The notes: generated from the sequence alone by a model not told the origin. DNA of 64,000 nt from the human T2T-CHM13v2.0 reference genome, Homo sapiens (GCF_009914755.1 NC_060947.1); one strand, 5' to 3'. Numbered from the stretch's first letter, positions 40,420-53,918 are shown. A program made the numbers and translations.

Positions 40420-40565
40420 GGATCTAGAATTTTCTATCAGTGGCCTTGTTCAAGTTTACTTATTCTCTCTATGCCTAAATTTCTAACTATAAAATGGGGA
40501 AACTAATAATTATTTTGTATAGTTTTATGAATATTAAATAATATATTTAAGAGTGCAAAGTACTC
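40420..40565 (+). mobile_element. MIR fragment
   Basis: 'caagtttacttattctctctatgcctaaatttctaactataaaatgggg'. Confidence 0.6.
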
Positions 40566-40666
40566 AAGAATTTGTCTCCCACTCTTTAATTCTTAAGTAT
40601 TACAAAAATTAATATAGTAGATATGTAACTCCACATTTTATATAAATGTTTGAAAATAATAGGAAT

Positions 40667-40956
40667 GGCCAGGTGCAGCAGCTCATGCCTGTAATCCCAG
40701 CACTTTGGGAAGCCAAGGCGGGAGGATCGCTTGAGCCCAGGAGTTCAAGACCAGCCTTGGTAGCAAAGTGAGACCCCAGTCTCTACAAAAAAATTAAAAA
40801 ATTATCCGGGCTTGGTGGCACAAGCTTATAGTCCCAGCTACTCAGGAGGCTGAGGTGGGAGAATCACTTAAACCCAGGAGGTTGAGGCTGCGGTTGTTCA
40901 TGCCACTGCATTCCAGCCTGTGCAATAGAGTGAGACATTGTATCAAACAAAGAAAA
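40667..40956 (+). mobile_element. AluJ-like element
   Basis: 'ggaggatcgcttgagcccaggagttc'; perfect 15-bp TSD gaaaataataggaat at 40652-40666 and 40957-40971. Confidence 0.95.
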
Positions 40957-41090
40957 GAAAATAATAGGAATGCAGCCAATGTCAGCCAATAATGCCCAAG
41001 ATGCTTTATGAAATCTGGAATCCCTTACAAGAAAAACCATAACCAAGAAAATAACAAAAAAAGAGGCTCTCCTGTAATACAAGCCATATC

Positions 41091-41458
41091 TGTTATGGAC
41101 TCAACGTTTGTGTCCCTTCAAAATTCATATGTTAAAGCCCTAACCTCCAATGTCATGGTATTTAGAGGTGGGACCTTTGGGAGATAATTATGTTCAAATG
41201 ATGTTATGAGGCTGAGGGCCCCATGATGGGATTAGTGCCCTTATAAGAGCAGGAAAAGAGACCAGACCTCTTTCTGTCTCAGTGAGGACACTGAGAAGAT
41301 GGCTGTCTGCAATCCAGAGAGTACTTATCAGGGGACCAAATCAACTGTCATTTTGATCATGTACTTCGGAGTCCCCAGAACTGTGAGAAATAAATTCTTG
41401 TTGTTTAAGCCACCCAGTTCGTGGTGTTTTGTTATGGCAGCTTTAGTTGACTAGGATA
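41091..41458 (+). mobile_element. MaLR solo LTR (MLT1A/B-like)
   Basis: tgttatggactcaacgtttgtgtccc..aaaattcatatgtt..cagaactgtgagaaataaatt. Confidence 0.85.
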
Positions 41459-41585
41459 ATCAAACCACTCCTTGTCTGAAAACCTTTTAAAGACAGACAA
41501 CCTGATGGAAAAATAGGCAAAACACTTGAAGAGGAAGTTTGAAAAGAAAGGATATCCAAATGGCCAGTGTGTGAATATATGAATA

Positions 41586-43228
41586 CAAGGGGACTTTTAA
41601 AAGTTTGTGAAAATGGAATTAAAAGATAAAAATAAAAATAAAATAAAAATACATACATTTTATTTCTCAACATAACTTCCATCAAGTTCAAGACACTTTT
41701 GTAAATGATAATACCAGTCCCTTATTCTATCCATAAAGAACTGAGGGTCCTGGGAATTTAATCACGTCAATAGTCTTTTGTAGATTATTAACTGAAGAAA
41801 AGTGGGTGCCCTTTAAAGATATTTTAAGATTAGATAACAATAAGAAGTCAGAAGGAGCCAAATCAGTATTGTAAGGTGTATTAGGCATACACCTTACAAT
41901 ACTGATTTCCCATCAAAACTCTCATAAAAATTGCCCTTGTTTGATGAGAGGACTGAGCAGCATTGCCATGGTGCAAAAGGAGTCTTTGGTGAAACTTTCC
42001 TGGGCATTTTTCTGCTACAGCTTTGGCCAGCTGTCTCAAAACATCCTCATAAGTAGATATCATAATTCTTTGGCCCTCCAGAAAGTCAACAAGCATAATA
42101 CTTTGAGCATCCCCCAAACTATTGTCATGACCTTTGCTTTTGACTGGTCTGCTTTTGCTTTAATAGGACCACTTCCACCTCTTAGTTGCCACTGCTTTGA
42201 TTGTGCTTTGTCTTCAGGATCATACTGGTAAAGCCATGTTTCATTTCCTGTTACAGTTGTTCAAAGAAATGCTTCAGGATCTTGATCCCACTTGTTTAAA
42301 ATTTCCATTGAGGCTGGGTGTGGTGGCTCATGCCTGTAATCCCAGCACCTTGGGAGGCCAAGGTAGGAGGATTGCTTGAAGCCAGGAGTTTGGGACCAGC
42401 CTGGGGAAGCTCTACAAAAAAAAAAAAAAAAAAAAAAAAAAAGACACAAAAAAAATTAGTTGAGCACAGCAGCATGTACCTGTAGTCCCAGCTACTCAGG
42501 AGGCTGAGGTGCAAGGATCACCTGAGCCCAGGAGGCTGAGACTGTGGTAAGCTGTAATCTCACCACTGCACTCCAACCAGAGTGACAGAGTGAGACCCTG
42601 TCTCAAAAAAAAAAACAAAAACCCATTGAAACTCTGCTCTTATTTACAGCTAATATGGGCACAACAGTTTTGGCACCTGTCAAGTGGAAAATTTCCTCAA
42701 CTTTAATTTTTTAGTCAGAATTGTGTAAGCTGGACCAATGGAGATATCTATGGTATTGGCTTTCATTTGTGCTATTAATCCTCGGTCCCTCAATCCTCTT
42801 CAATTAGGGCACGAACAAGATAAATTTTTTACTAGCAAATTGATGTGGATGAGCTGCCACTGCAGACTTCATCTTCAACATCATCTCGTTCCTTATTAAA
42901 ATGAGTTATCCATGGTAAACTGCTGATTTTTTTGCAGCATTGCCCCCATAAACTTTTTGTAAAGCATCAATGATTTCATCACTCTTCCAATCAAACTTCA
43001 TCACAAATTTGATGTTGGTTCTTGCTTCAGTTTTAGCAGAATTCATGTTGCTCTGATAGGGGTTCTTTTCAAAGTAATGTCTTATCTTTCTTAGTGCCTC
43101 AAACTAGATCCTGTTCAGACATGTTTTAACAAGTTAGTATGAGATTATTTTGGTGCAAAAATCTTTTGAAATTCATGCATAGTTTTTTCATAATACACAT
43201 TTTCCATGAACTTTTTGAAAACCATTCA
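41586..43228 (-). mobile_element. HSMAR2 mariner DNA transposon, near full length, with decayed transposase
   Basis: Degenerate TIRs (caaggggacttttaaaagtttgtgaaaatg / cattttccatgaactttttgaaaaccattca); TA at 41584-41585 and 43229-43230; ORF 41881-42117 (LVDFLEGQR..LAKAVAEKCPGKFHQRLLLHHGNA) is mariner DDD domain; about 1.3 kb once the Alu is removed. Confidence 0.92.
42312..42620 (+). mobile_element. AluJ-like element inserted in HSMAR2, with expanded central A-tract
   Basis: Alu dimer; A run at about 42416-42442; shared flank ccattga. Confidence 0.92.
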
Positions 43229-43229
43229 T

Positions 43230-43962
43230 ATGTGCTCAATGTCATCAAGCAAGTGCAAATTCAAACTTCCAATAGGTAATATCAAGAATTGGCAAGGATG
43301 TAGAGCAATTGAAACTCTCATATGCTGCCAGCAGGGGTATAATTTGTGAGAATTTCTTTGGAAAACTCTTTTGCAGTATTTATTAAAGTTTAATATATGC
43401 ATGCTAATGACCCAGAAAGTCCACTGCTAGGCATAGAGCCAACAGGAATTTGTATACATGTTCACCAAAACATGTATAAGAATGTTCATAACAGCACTAT
43501 TCATTATAGCCCAAACCTGGAAACTATAGAATTCCCATCAATGGTAAAATGGATAAACAAATTCTATTAAATTTACACAATAAATATTATACAGCAACAG
43601 GAATGAATGAATTATACACAACTATATGCAACAATAAGGATGACTCTCATATCCATAATATTAAGTTAAATAAGTCACACAAAAGAATACAATATATTAT
43701 TTCATTGGTATAAATTTCAAAAGCAGGCGAAAAATAGGTGTTAGGAGTTAGGTTTGCAGTTACTATTGGGGAAATGAAGTATTGAAAGGACAGGGCACAA
43801 GGTGCGGGGCTGCTTTTGAAATGCTGGTAATGCTCTAGTTCTTGGATCTGGATACTGGTTATATAAATGTTCTCATGTTGTCAAAATTCATTGATCTGCA
43901 TACTTATAATTTGTGCCCTTTTCTCTACATATGCTATACTTCAATAAAAACATTCAAAAAAT
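43230..43962 (+). mobile_element. L1ME-like 3' end (continues from about 41480-41583, split by HSMAR2)
   Basis: 'ggcaaggatgtagagcaattgaaactctcat', 'ttcataacagcactattcattatagcccaaacctggaaac', ending 'atacttcaataaaaa'. Confidence 0.75.
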
Positions 43963-43999
43963 TTTAGTAAATTACTAGGTTCTCAGAATGCTGCCCACA

Positions 44000-44535
44000 C
44001 ATCTCAATTTAGCATTTGGGGGAATCTATGTGTGATCCCTGCCATGTCTCCAGCACATCATCCTTCAACACTCACCCCATGTCAGTCATTTCTTGCTCCA
44101 GCTGTATTTCACTTCTTGAATGTTCCAAATTTATAAATGCTGTTCCTTGCCTTTGACTCTTCTTTTTTGTAAAGCAAACCAGGATTATACTGGGGCTGTT
44201 GGGGTGAAAATGGGGAGAGAGTAGAAATAAACCAGTCTTACAGAAAAACAACCACAACCCATCTTCGAGGTCCTAGCTTAAGTATCACCTAATCTTCAAA
44301 ACCTTCCTTCAATCTTTACATGGAGATGAACCCATCTTTTCCGGGCCACCAGAATTTTGAATATGTCTCTACTGCAGCTCTTATATTGCTATATTTTAAA
44401 AGCTTCCTTACCTGTATTTTCCTTGTAACTGTGAACTTAAGGTGACAATAATGCCTTATTCATTTCTGTATTTCATGTTTAGAGAGTACCTGTTTCATGC
44501 TAAGCACAATGCTATATTTGATGAAAGAATAGATA
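44000..44535 (+). mobile_element. L2 fragment
   Basis: Degenerate L2 3' motifs ending 'tatttgatgaaagaat'. Confidence 0.45.
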
Positions 44536-44714
44536 CTTAAGTGTATGAATGAATTATCAAGTCATGGAATATTAGCTCTGAAAAGCACCTTGGCAATCCA
44601 ATTCATTGATTTCGCTGTTCCCAGAAAACATGGAATTGTCCATAGTCACATAGCTAGTTATTAGGAGATAGGACTGGAACCTAGTCTATTCTCTGGTACT
44701 GTTTATTTCCGTAA

Positions 44715-45352
44715 ATTTTTTAGAATTTTATTTTAAAGTAATATTTGACTTACAAAGAAGTTGTAAAAATAGCCCAGAGAGCTCCCATACACCCTTCACT
44801 CAGCTCTCCCTAATGTTAACATCTTATATAACCATAGTACAATGATTAAAACTAGGAAATTAACAGTGACACAACTCTATTAACTTATAGATTTTATTTG
44901 AATTTTACCAACTTTTCCACTAAAGTCCTTTTCCTGTTCCAGGATCCAATCCAGAATCCCATATTGGATTAACCTTTCAAGATTCTTTCATTTCCTCCAA
45001 TCTGAGAGAGTTCCTGTCTTTCTTTGTTATTTATGACGACATTTTTGAAGAATACTGGAAAGTAGAAAAGTCACTACTGAAGAGTACATTTTGTAGAATG
45101 TCCCTCAACATGGGTTTGTGTGATATTTCTCATGATTTTATTGAGGTTATGCATTTGGCAGTATGGAGTACCATAGAGTTGTTGTTCTCTTTTTTGTGTA
45201 TCTTATCAGGGCACACATGAGGTCAATATATCTTATAACTAGTGATGGTCACCTTGATCACTTGGTTGTGTGTCTGTAGCATTTTTCCTCCGTGAGGCTA
45301 CTATTTTTCTCTCTGTAATTAATAAATATCTTAGAGGAGCTATTTCAAGACT
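44715..45352 (-). mobile_element. L1MC/ME 3' UTR fragment
   Basis: 'cccatacacccttcactcagctctccctaatgttaacatcttatataaccatagtacaat'. Confidence 0.75.
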
Positions 45353-46445
45353 GTGCATGCCCAAATGTGGTAGTTGTTGCCTCCAGAATCTAAAAAGGCT
45401 GATTTCCAATGTATTTTCCAGAGACTCTATATTAACATCTATAATAGACAGCTCACTGCTAAGCAATAATCTCTTTGTCTAGTCCACATATCTGGGAGCG
45501 CCTTTAGAGCAGGTTGTGTCTTTCTCTGTCTATTGCTGTGGCTTACTTAGCATGGTCCTTAGTTTATTCAAGCTACTTTCTAGCTGTATGACCATGTGCC
45601 TCACCAACAACTACATTTGGGCATGCTGTTTAGCCCCATTTGCCAACATACCCACAAGGCTGCCAGTTTCAAGTGTGTTTTCTAGAGCAAGAAAGGGCTT
45701 TGCAGCATATGCAGGTTGATATATTAGCTTCACTGTTACTGGGGCCTTGTGAGCCAGCAAACTTAAGGGAATTTGAAAATGTCTGTGGCAAATAGGGATT
45801 GTATATGGAATCACTAAAAATCTCCCCTAGGATTACTGTGAGAGTTAAAGGAGTTAATGCATTTGAAGTGCTTAGAAAATGGACTGGCACAAAGCACCAA
45901 ATCAATACATATTAGCTTTTATTTATTATTATTGAAGGTGCTCTTTACAATCTTGTTGAATGAATGGATGAATCAACGACTAAGAGCAAGACAAAAACTA
46001 GAAAGCAAAGAAAAAGGGCCTCATTCTTGGGTGATGTCTAGTAACTACACCAACTAAGTTTTATAGTGCTGCATGGACTTGAAAATATTGGTTCTCAATT
46101 ATACAAATAGTTCAGTCGTGTACCAGTGATTCCTAACTAGCAACAATATATGATGCATTATCAGTAATATACATTTATACATGGTGATGATTAGGTTGCT
46201 ATTGTTTTAAAATTTCAGAAAAAAACTATACTTAGTAATGCTTTCTCATTACTGAAGGGTTCTACTTACTCTGTAGAAAGAACTCTCTCTAACCCACTGT
46301 TCCAGAGAATTGCTGGACAGCAGACAACAGCAGAAGCTAATCAGAGTGTCAAGACCAGGAAGACTTTTGGAGCAGTGGTCTCTAAAGTGGGATGCTTATA
46401 CTCAAGGGTGATACACTTGGAGAGAATACACTTGGAGGAGGGAAG

Positions 46446-46816
46446 TGTATTAGTCCATTTTCATGATGTTGTGAAGAAATACTCAAGACTGGGTAATTTA
46501 TAAAGGAAAGAGGCTTAATTGACTCACAGTTCCACAGGGCTGGGGAGGCCTCAGGAAACTTATAATCATGGGGGAAAGGGAAGCAAACATGTCCTTCTTC
46601 ACATGGCTGCAGGAAAGAGAAGGGCCAAGCAAATGGGGGACCCCTTATAAAGCCCTCAGATCTCATCAGAACTCACTCACTATCACAAGAACAGCATGAG
46701 GGTAATTGCCCCTACAATTCAATTACCTCCCACTGGGTCCCTCCCACGACATGTAGGGATTATGGGAACTACAATTCATGATGAGAATCGGATGGGGACA
46801 GAGCCAAACCATATCA
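46446..46816 (-). mobile_element. THE1 solo LTR (THE1D-like)
   Basis: tgtattagtccattttc...aaaccatatca; perfect 5-bp TSD ggaag at 46441-46445 and 46817-46821. Confidence 0.92.
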
Positions 46817-47093
46817 GGAAGAAATATTAGAATTTCAAGTTATATTGATGTATGAATTAAAAAGCAGAAAGCTCTACCATTATTTACTATAAGGCATCCT
46901 TATTTGATCCACAAATCTAGAGTCATGGGTCGCTCATGGTTCAGTGCCTCTCTCATCAGACTGCATAATGTAGCATGTTACAATAGATTGCTGTTTACAT
47001 CTACACAGTTAAGAAAATTAATGGCTCATATAATCTGGTTTTAGCTAAACAAACCGTCATAAAGTGGTTAAGGGTCTAGAAATTATTTCTGCC

Positions 47094-47165
47094 AGATGGA
47101 TGGATGGATGGATGGGTGGATGAATGGATAGACAGATAAACAGGCAGAGACAGACAGATAGATTC
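47094..47165. repeat. (GGAT)n/(GACA)n tetranucleotide repeat
   Basis: Directly visible. Confidence 0.9.
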
Positions 47166-48229
47166 ATCAAACACGATTTTAAGGTAACACTAATAATGTA
47201 AGCTCAAGCAAACAAAAATAAAAAGGCAGGGCCAAAACTTCTACTCCTAGTACAAACTCTTCTTTGGACAGTAAATGAGATTTTAAAAAAACAAACAATG
47301 AGGATTTACTCAGACTTGCCCAGAAGCTAACGAACTTGTAAGATTAACAATGAGATTATTTGAAATATGAATTCACATATACAATTATTAACAATAAACA
47401 TCTCCCAAAGTGTCTATTTTATATTATAGCCCTTGTGAAGGATGATTTCAACCATGGCAATAACGAAAACCAAAGACATAATTGAACTAAACCTTGAGCT
47501 CAGTTCTGAATCACTGTATTATAATATTATCCTGAAATTTCAGAATTATTCAAATTTGTAATGAAATTCCTTAACTCTAGGAGTGTCTAGAGAGACTCAT
47601 TATGCATAAATGCATTCAATTTAGCAAATTTAGAAACAGTTTAAATATTAAAAAATAGAGAAATGGACAGTAAATTATAGCATTACCATATAACAGAATA
47701 TTATGCAGATATTTAAAATCACAGTTCTTAATACCTATGTATCTATGTTGAAATACACTTACCACATTTGTAAACAAGCAAATTTAGCAGTATAAAAATG
47801 TTAATATTATAGCTATAAAATTTCTTACAGACAAATAATATTAAAAACAAAAAACAGTTTATTTGGAAATTAAAGGATTATGGATCATTTTATTTATTAT
47901 TGTTGTCATTGTTATGGTTACACTGTGCATGGTTTAAGACAGAAAAACAAGTAAAAATCATGAAATTAAAAGGAAATTGAACTGTATCATGAACCTAATC
48001 TGTCAGCTTTATAAAATGTGCTGCAGCTGAAAATAGAGTATATTCAACAATCAGAGAGTTATATAAATGCACAGGTTTATCCTTCAGTTACTAATTCCCC
48101 AAGGGTAGCATCTCCCTTACAGAGTGTTTTTCACAGATCCTCTTTTTGTTTCCAAGTGGAAGTGAACCATTTCTTCCATTACTCTGAAATCCTTAATTTT
48201 CCCAACAGGAAATTTCCTGGGGCTATTCT

Positions 48230-49360
48230 TTTTTTAATTTTTCTCCTTTCCTTCAGTTGTCCCTGTTCAGTCTCTTAGTCTCCTTTGCAGCCATTCTTCC
48301 TTTGTCCATTCCATAAAATCACTGCTCCCTGGGGTCCTGTTCTTGACAGTCTTCTCTTTTCACTCTATACCCATCCTAGGCAAACCCATTAATTTCTGTG
48401 GATTCATTCACCATGTGGTTGTATGCTAATGACTTTTAAATCTGTTCCTCCAGACCTCTCTCTATATATTTCATCTGGTTGCCTTACAGGTTACTCCAGT
48501 GTAATAGGTCTAAAGCTGCATTCATTTATCACTGTGCCTATCTCTTCCACCCTTCTCCCTCCATCCTCTGCATTGCTTATTTGTGTGAAAGGTGACATTA
48601 CCCCTGCCCCCAGCCATCACAGATTACCAGTTTTACTTAAGTTTCCAAATCTAATCAGTCACTAAGACAAGACAAATGTACCTCCATGATATATCCTGAA
48701 TCTATATTCCTGTCTATGTACTCCCCACCATTACCTATGTTACTATAGTAATATAAGTATGCGTAACTTCTGTTATAGTAAGCCATATCTTAACTAGTGC
48801 CTCTACCTTCATACCTTTCCCACTCCAAACCAGTTTCCAAACTTTAGCCAGAGTAATCTTTGCAAATGCAAATCCTTACATATCATATTCAACCACACAA
48901 TGCTCAAATGACTCCCTACAACCTACAGAATAGAGTTTAAACAGCGCAGCCTAAGAAGAATGTCAGCCCTACTTCAATTTTTAATCAGCCTCCTCTCATA
49001 CCATCCCTTGTTGTACTGCAGGCTCCAGCCATTTTGAAATATGAGAAACCCAAACATTTTCCTATGGCTGGGCAGCACAAGTCCTCTGCCCGGGTGCCCT
49101 TCCATACAGCCATTTACTCGGGAAATCCTTACCTACTACAGGGCCACCCCACCTCATCCTCAAAGCCACTCCTTATTTCTCAGTTTGGGTTGGCTGCCTC
49201 TCCTCTGTGGTCCCACAGTATCTTACTTTTATCCTTATGTTTATCACAACAAACACATCCATTTATTTGTCTGGACTTTTCCCACTAGATGGCAAGTACC
49301 TGGAGAGTAGGGAGTGTGTCATTTCTTGTTGCCAGTGCATCCCAGAACTTAGCTCAGAGA
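48230..49360 (+). mobile_element. L2 fragments
   Basis: 'cttctcttttcactctatac', 'gccagagtaatctttgcaaatgcaaatc', 'cccactagatggcaagtacctggagagtaggg'. Confidence 0.6.
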
Positions 49361-49642
49361 CTTAGAGACAGACAAACAAGAGACTAGTGGTTATGGAAGT
49401 GGGGAGTCTCTCCTTTCCCTGAGGGCTTCTGAGAGATGAGTAACTTTTCTGCACTCTGCACTTTTCCCTATGAAAGCAACAAGGAGGACTAGCTACATGC
49501 AAATTTGAGAGGTAACTCTTCTGTCCCCACATATCTCCCCTCACACTTTCCTGTCCTAAGCACCCAGGTCTTGCATGTTCTCTGATTCCTCCAGCCCATG
49601 GTGATCTGCTCTAGTCTGGCTATCACATTAAAAAACATCTGA

Positions 49643-50104
<462 letters not shown>

Positions 50105-50139
50105 TTATGTGTTGAGAAGGGCATGGTTGAAAACACTGC

Positions 50140-50655
50140 TCTAAATTCTTGTGACATTTTCAATCAAGAGGTTGAGTCCTTTCCCTTGAATCTGGGTGGA
50201 CATGTGAACACTTACAGAGTGATGCAATGTTTCTTCTAAGCCTGAGTCATAAAAGGTCATGCAACTTACAACAGGTTCTTTAAACACTCAGTCTCTAGAC
50301 ATCCCTCTTAGGATGTTTCCTCTTGGATCCAACTGCCATGGTGTAAGAAGCTCAAGCCCATGGAGAGGCCATGTGTAGTGTTCCAGTTGATAGCTTCAGA
50401 TGAGCTAGGCTTTGAGTCATCCCAGCCCAGATGTCAGGTATGTGAGTGAAGAAGCTTCCAAATTATTCCATCCCTAGCCATTCAGTTCATCCCTAGTCAT
50501 TCAAATATTTCCATTGGGGGCTCTGTGTATGGTGTGGCACAGACAAACCATCCCTACTCCGTCCCATATGAACCCCTGACCCACAGATTCTGTGAGCATA
50601 ACAAATTTTGTTGCTTAACATCACTTAGTTTGGGGTGGTTTGTCACATAGCAACA
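50140..50655 (+). mobile_element. MLT1 (F/G/H-like) MaLR LTR
   Basis: 'gccatggtgtaagaagctcaagcc', 'tgtgagtgaagaagcttcca', 'gtttggggtggtttgtcacatagcaacag'. Confidence 0.7.
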
Positions 50656-50869
50656 GTGGAGATGGGGAATTACAGGGCAGGAGGCAGATCTCTATGCCTC
50701 TCATATCGTACCACAAACATCAAATCTGATCCCATAGAACAGTGGATTTCTAAGATCCCACAGAGTACCAAGGGAAGAAATGCATTTCAAGAGCTATGGA
50801 GGTAAATTTTAGCTAACACTGAGAAATTGGCTCTTTAGCAAGCTAGGGGATGGGGGTGGGGGCAAAGGC

Positions 50870-51010
50870 TTATGTGTAGGTTTTCCCAATATTCATGGTG
50901 CAAATACTCTGCCCTAATCAATTTCAGGCTATGAACATTTGCAAAATTCCAGAAAATTTACAAATCAGCACTCATGAGCCAAAATAGATAGGCTGCAACA
51001 CAACACTGGG
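50870..51010. mobile_element. hAT-Blackjack MER63-like fragment
   Basis: 'aaaatttacaaatcagcactcatgagcc..gcaacacaacactgg' resembles the recalled MER63 terminus. Confidence 0.5.
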
Positions 51011-51283
51011 ACCATGACACTCTGGTGACTCAGTTGCCTCTTTCATACTCCTCAGCTTACCCTTAACCATTCCATGATATCTGAAAAGAACCATATCGGA
51101 TACCTGGGATACCTGGAAATCTGTGGTTCTTCATAATAGTAGGAAACCAGAAATTAAAAGGAATAAGATATAATGGGTTGGCCTTGGGTTCATTTTTCTG
51201 CCAACTATGTCACCATCTTAATTTAACAAACTATACTCCATGAACTTCTGGAACTTCATCCAGAAAATATTTAATAAAAAGTA

Positions 51284-51385
51284 AGTCAGACATGGCGGTG
51301 GGCACCTCTAGTCCCCAACTACTCAGGAGGCTGAGGCAGGAGACCTCATCTCTAAAACAAACAAATAAAAACAAGCAAACAAACA
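51284..51385 (+). mobile_element. Internally deleted Alu right-arm fragment
   Basis: 'tagtccccaactactcaggaggctgaggcaggaga' joined directly to 'cctcatctctaaaacaaac'. Confidence 0.75.
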
Positions 51386-51878
51386 CTTAAAAAAAAGAGT
51401 ACTGTCCTGGCAAGGGCCCTTTATTGTAGCCATCAATCAGGTTCTAGCTGTTTTAAATAGAAAAAAAGATATAGATGTTTAAGGAGTTTTCAGAATCTCC
51501 AGAAAGACCAGGGAACCAGGTTTGAATGCTACAAAATGAGAAACAACAATAGCCAGGAGACACACCTAATCAAATTACAGGATTCCCTTAGCAGAAACTT
51601 CATTAGTATCTTGCCTGCCACAAATTTGTATGATACCAGAGCTGAATCAGGAGAATCAAATGCCTCCACTTCAGATAAAACTGAGCTCAAATCCTGGAAA
51701 CTAGACTTACCAGCACTGTCTTTAAATAATTTATATAATGTATTGAGTATCTTTTGCATATCTTAAATGGGGACAATCTTTTATCAGACATATCTTTTGG
51801 ACTTCCTCAAATTTTCTTCTCTTCACTTGTCTCTTGATCTCATCTACTGGCTTCACTTCAGCTGCCTTTGTAGCCAAC

Positions 51879-52285
51879 TGTGGCAGCCATGGAGGTACAC
51901 TGCTCTGATCTCCCTTTGAGAAAGAACTTGCTGATGGGCCTCAAGGAACGCAGTTAGGTGACATTGTCCAAGTGTTAGCACTCCAGCTTTCGAGCTGAGA
52001 CCATGCTCTTCCTTGGAGGCCCTTAGCCAATGTCTGAGCATGGTAGGCAAGGCCCTGGCTATTTTGAGGATTGGCTGAGACTTTGTCAGATCTGCACCAG
52101 TTCATGGCTCTCCCTCCCCCTTATCTTATTCCTCCCACTTGCCTTTCGCAGGTGTCAGTTCTACATTATGGTCTGAAAGCTTTCTCTGCCTGATCCTTCT
52201 TTTCGCTTCATTCATTAGGAATTGCACCTCCAATAAACCTCATGCACTCCTAATTCCATTTCAACATCTGCTTCCTGAAAGACTC
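51879..52285 (+). mobile_element. ERVL LTR16A/B-like LTR
   Basis: tgtggcagccatggagg..ctgctctgatctccctt..; 'ccaataaacctcatgcactcc' near the end. Confidence 0.7.
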
Positions 52286-52319
52286 AGTTGATATACTGAC
52301 CAACTTTATGAAGCTGATA

Positions 52320-52825
52320 AATCACATTTTTGTAGTTTGGCTCCTTCAGCCACTTCCATACTCCAGTGAAGTGCCACACCAGAAGGAGCAGAATCTGGCA
52401 TCCAGAGCACCTACTACAAGGGCTTGATGAAACAACCTGGAGGAATGAAGGAGTTAAATCCTGCTGACCCTCAGGGCAAATGTTAACCAATGGGAGACAG
52501 AAGACTAAGTCAGGCAAATATATTTCCTCTCCTTTTCTCCCTCTGAAGCAATCTTCTAAAACATGGTTTCTCCATACAGCTTGTGAAAAGATACCCCCCA
52601 TATATGACTGGGTGGACATGCTGAGCAGTCAGTCAGCTGTGTCTCTTCAAGGCTTGTGATGAAACAGTGGCCAGTGAAATAATAACTCTCTTTGCTTGTT
52701 TCCTAGCCTTTCCTGTCTGTTGGACATTTCCCTCACTCTCACTGCCCTGAGAACACCTCTTCCAAATGAAGCATTAGCCCCTTAATCCTTGCTCAATGCT
52801 CTGTTTTCTAGGGAACCCAGCTAAT
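52320..52825 (+). mobile_element. ERVL LTR (LTR40/LTR33-like)
   Basis: 'tgttaaccaatgggagacag'; ends 'ctctgttttctagggaaccca'. Confidence 0.5.
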
Positions 52826-53799
52826 AAAAATACTCTCTGTATTACAGAGTTGTTAAGAAGGTTAAATTAGATAACATTCCTAGTATAGGCCTGGAATGCA
52901 AGAGGCACTCAATAATATCTAGCTTAATATTTGTTTGGCTGTCCTCCAGGCAGGAGGATAGGAGCTAGAATGAGAGAGTGAGGGCTTTGGAGTCCACATA
53001 GAATGCACAAGTAGTGATTCCAGCTTCTCTCCGCCCTGTCTGTTCTGAAACACCGTGAGTTGCATCACTGCATGGCAAACTAAAGTCCAGGGCTTTAAAC
53101 CCCCGTGAAAACAAGACTTCTCCATATGGGGACCCTGTGACGGCACACACACAGTCATCTGCAGTATTAGAGGGTGGGGGAATTTTCTTTCTGAGCCAGA
53201 AAATTAGCTTCTTTATTGATTACCTTGTGCAGTTGGAGTAGAATACTTCTATATGTGGAAATGCTCTATGAATCCCTATATTGTATCTATAAACCATACA
53301 CAGTTTGTGGGATGCCACATGTGCATTTAGGAGAAATGATCCAAAGTTAGCATTTATTCTAGTTCAAGCACTAGGAAACCAAAGATCAACGTGCTTTTTA
53401 GAACAGAAGGCTTGACTACTAAGGGTATATGCTATCTGCATCTGTTTCTAATTGGCATGTGTGATTCAGGTGCATGAGAGTAGATAGCTGAGGAAAGACT
53501 AGAGCAGTTCGTCTCTCCCAGACACTATATAGATTTGCCTCCCCTGGGGTTAATTTCTGTCTTGTCTCAGGACTATGGAGCACTCAGTGAGAGGTGACTG
53601 CAGAAATAATAGGTGAAAGCAGCAAGTGAACAGGCTACTACATTATCTCTGTGCATTTGTGAAGCACTCATTGTAGAAAGATAAGTTGGGGCCACTTTTT
53701 ATTAGTTTGTTCCCCCCAGCAATTTAGGTAGAAAGCAACTGTTAGAAAAAGAATCAAATAGTTCCCACTGTCGTGCCTGTTCAAAAGACAGAAAGGTTA

Positions 53800-53918
53800 G
53801 CTCTATGTTTCTCAAAATGAAATCTATGGACCCCCTGTATTAGAATCCCTGGGGTGGTCCAGATGATCCCTTTCAAACAAGCACCCTGGGTGATTCTGAT
53901 GAGTACTAAATTTAAAAG
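53800..53918. mobile_element. MER5A-like hAT MITE fragment
   Basis: 'tttctcaaaatg..attagaatccctgggg..aacaagcaccctgggtgattctgatg'. Confidence 0.6.
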
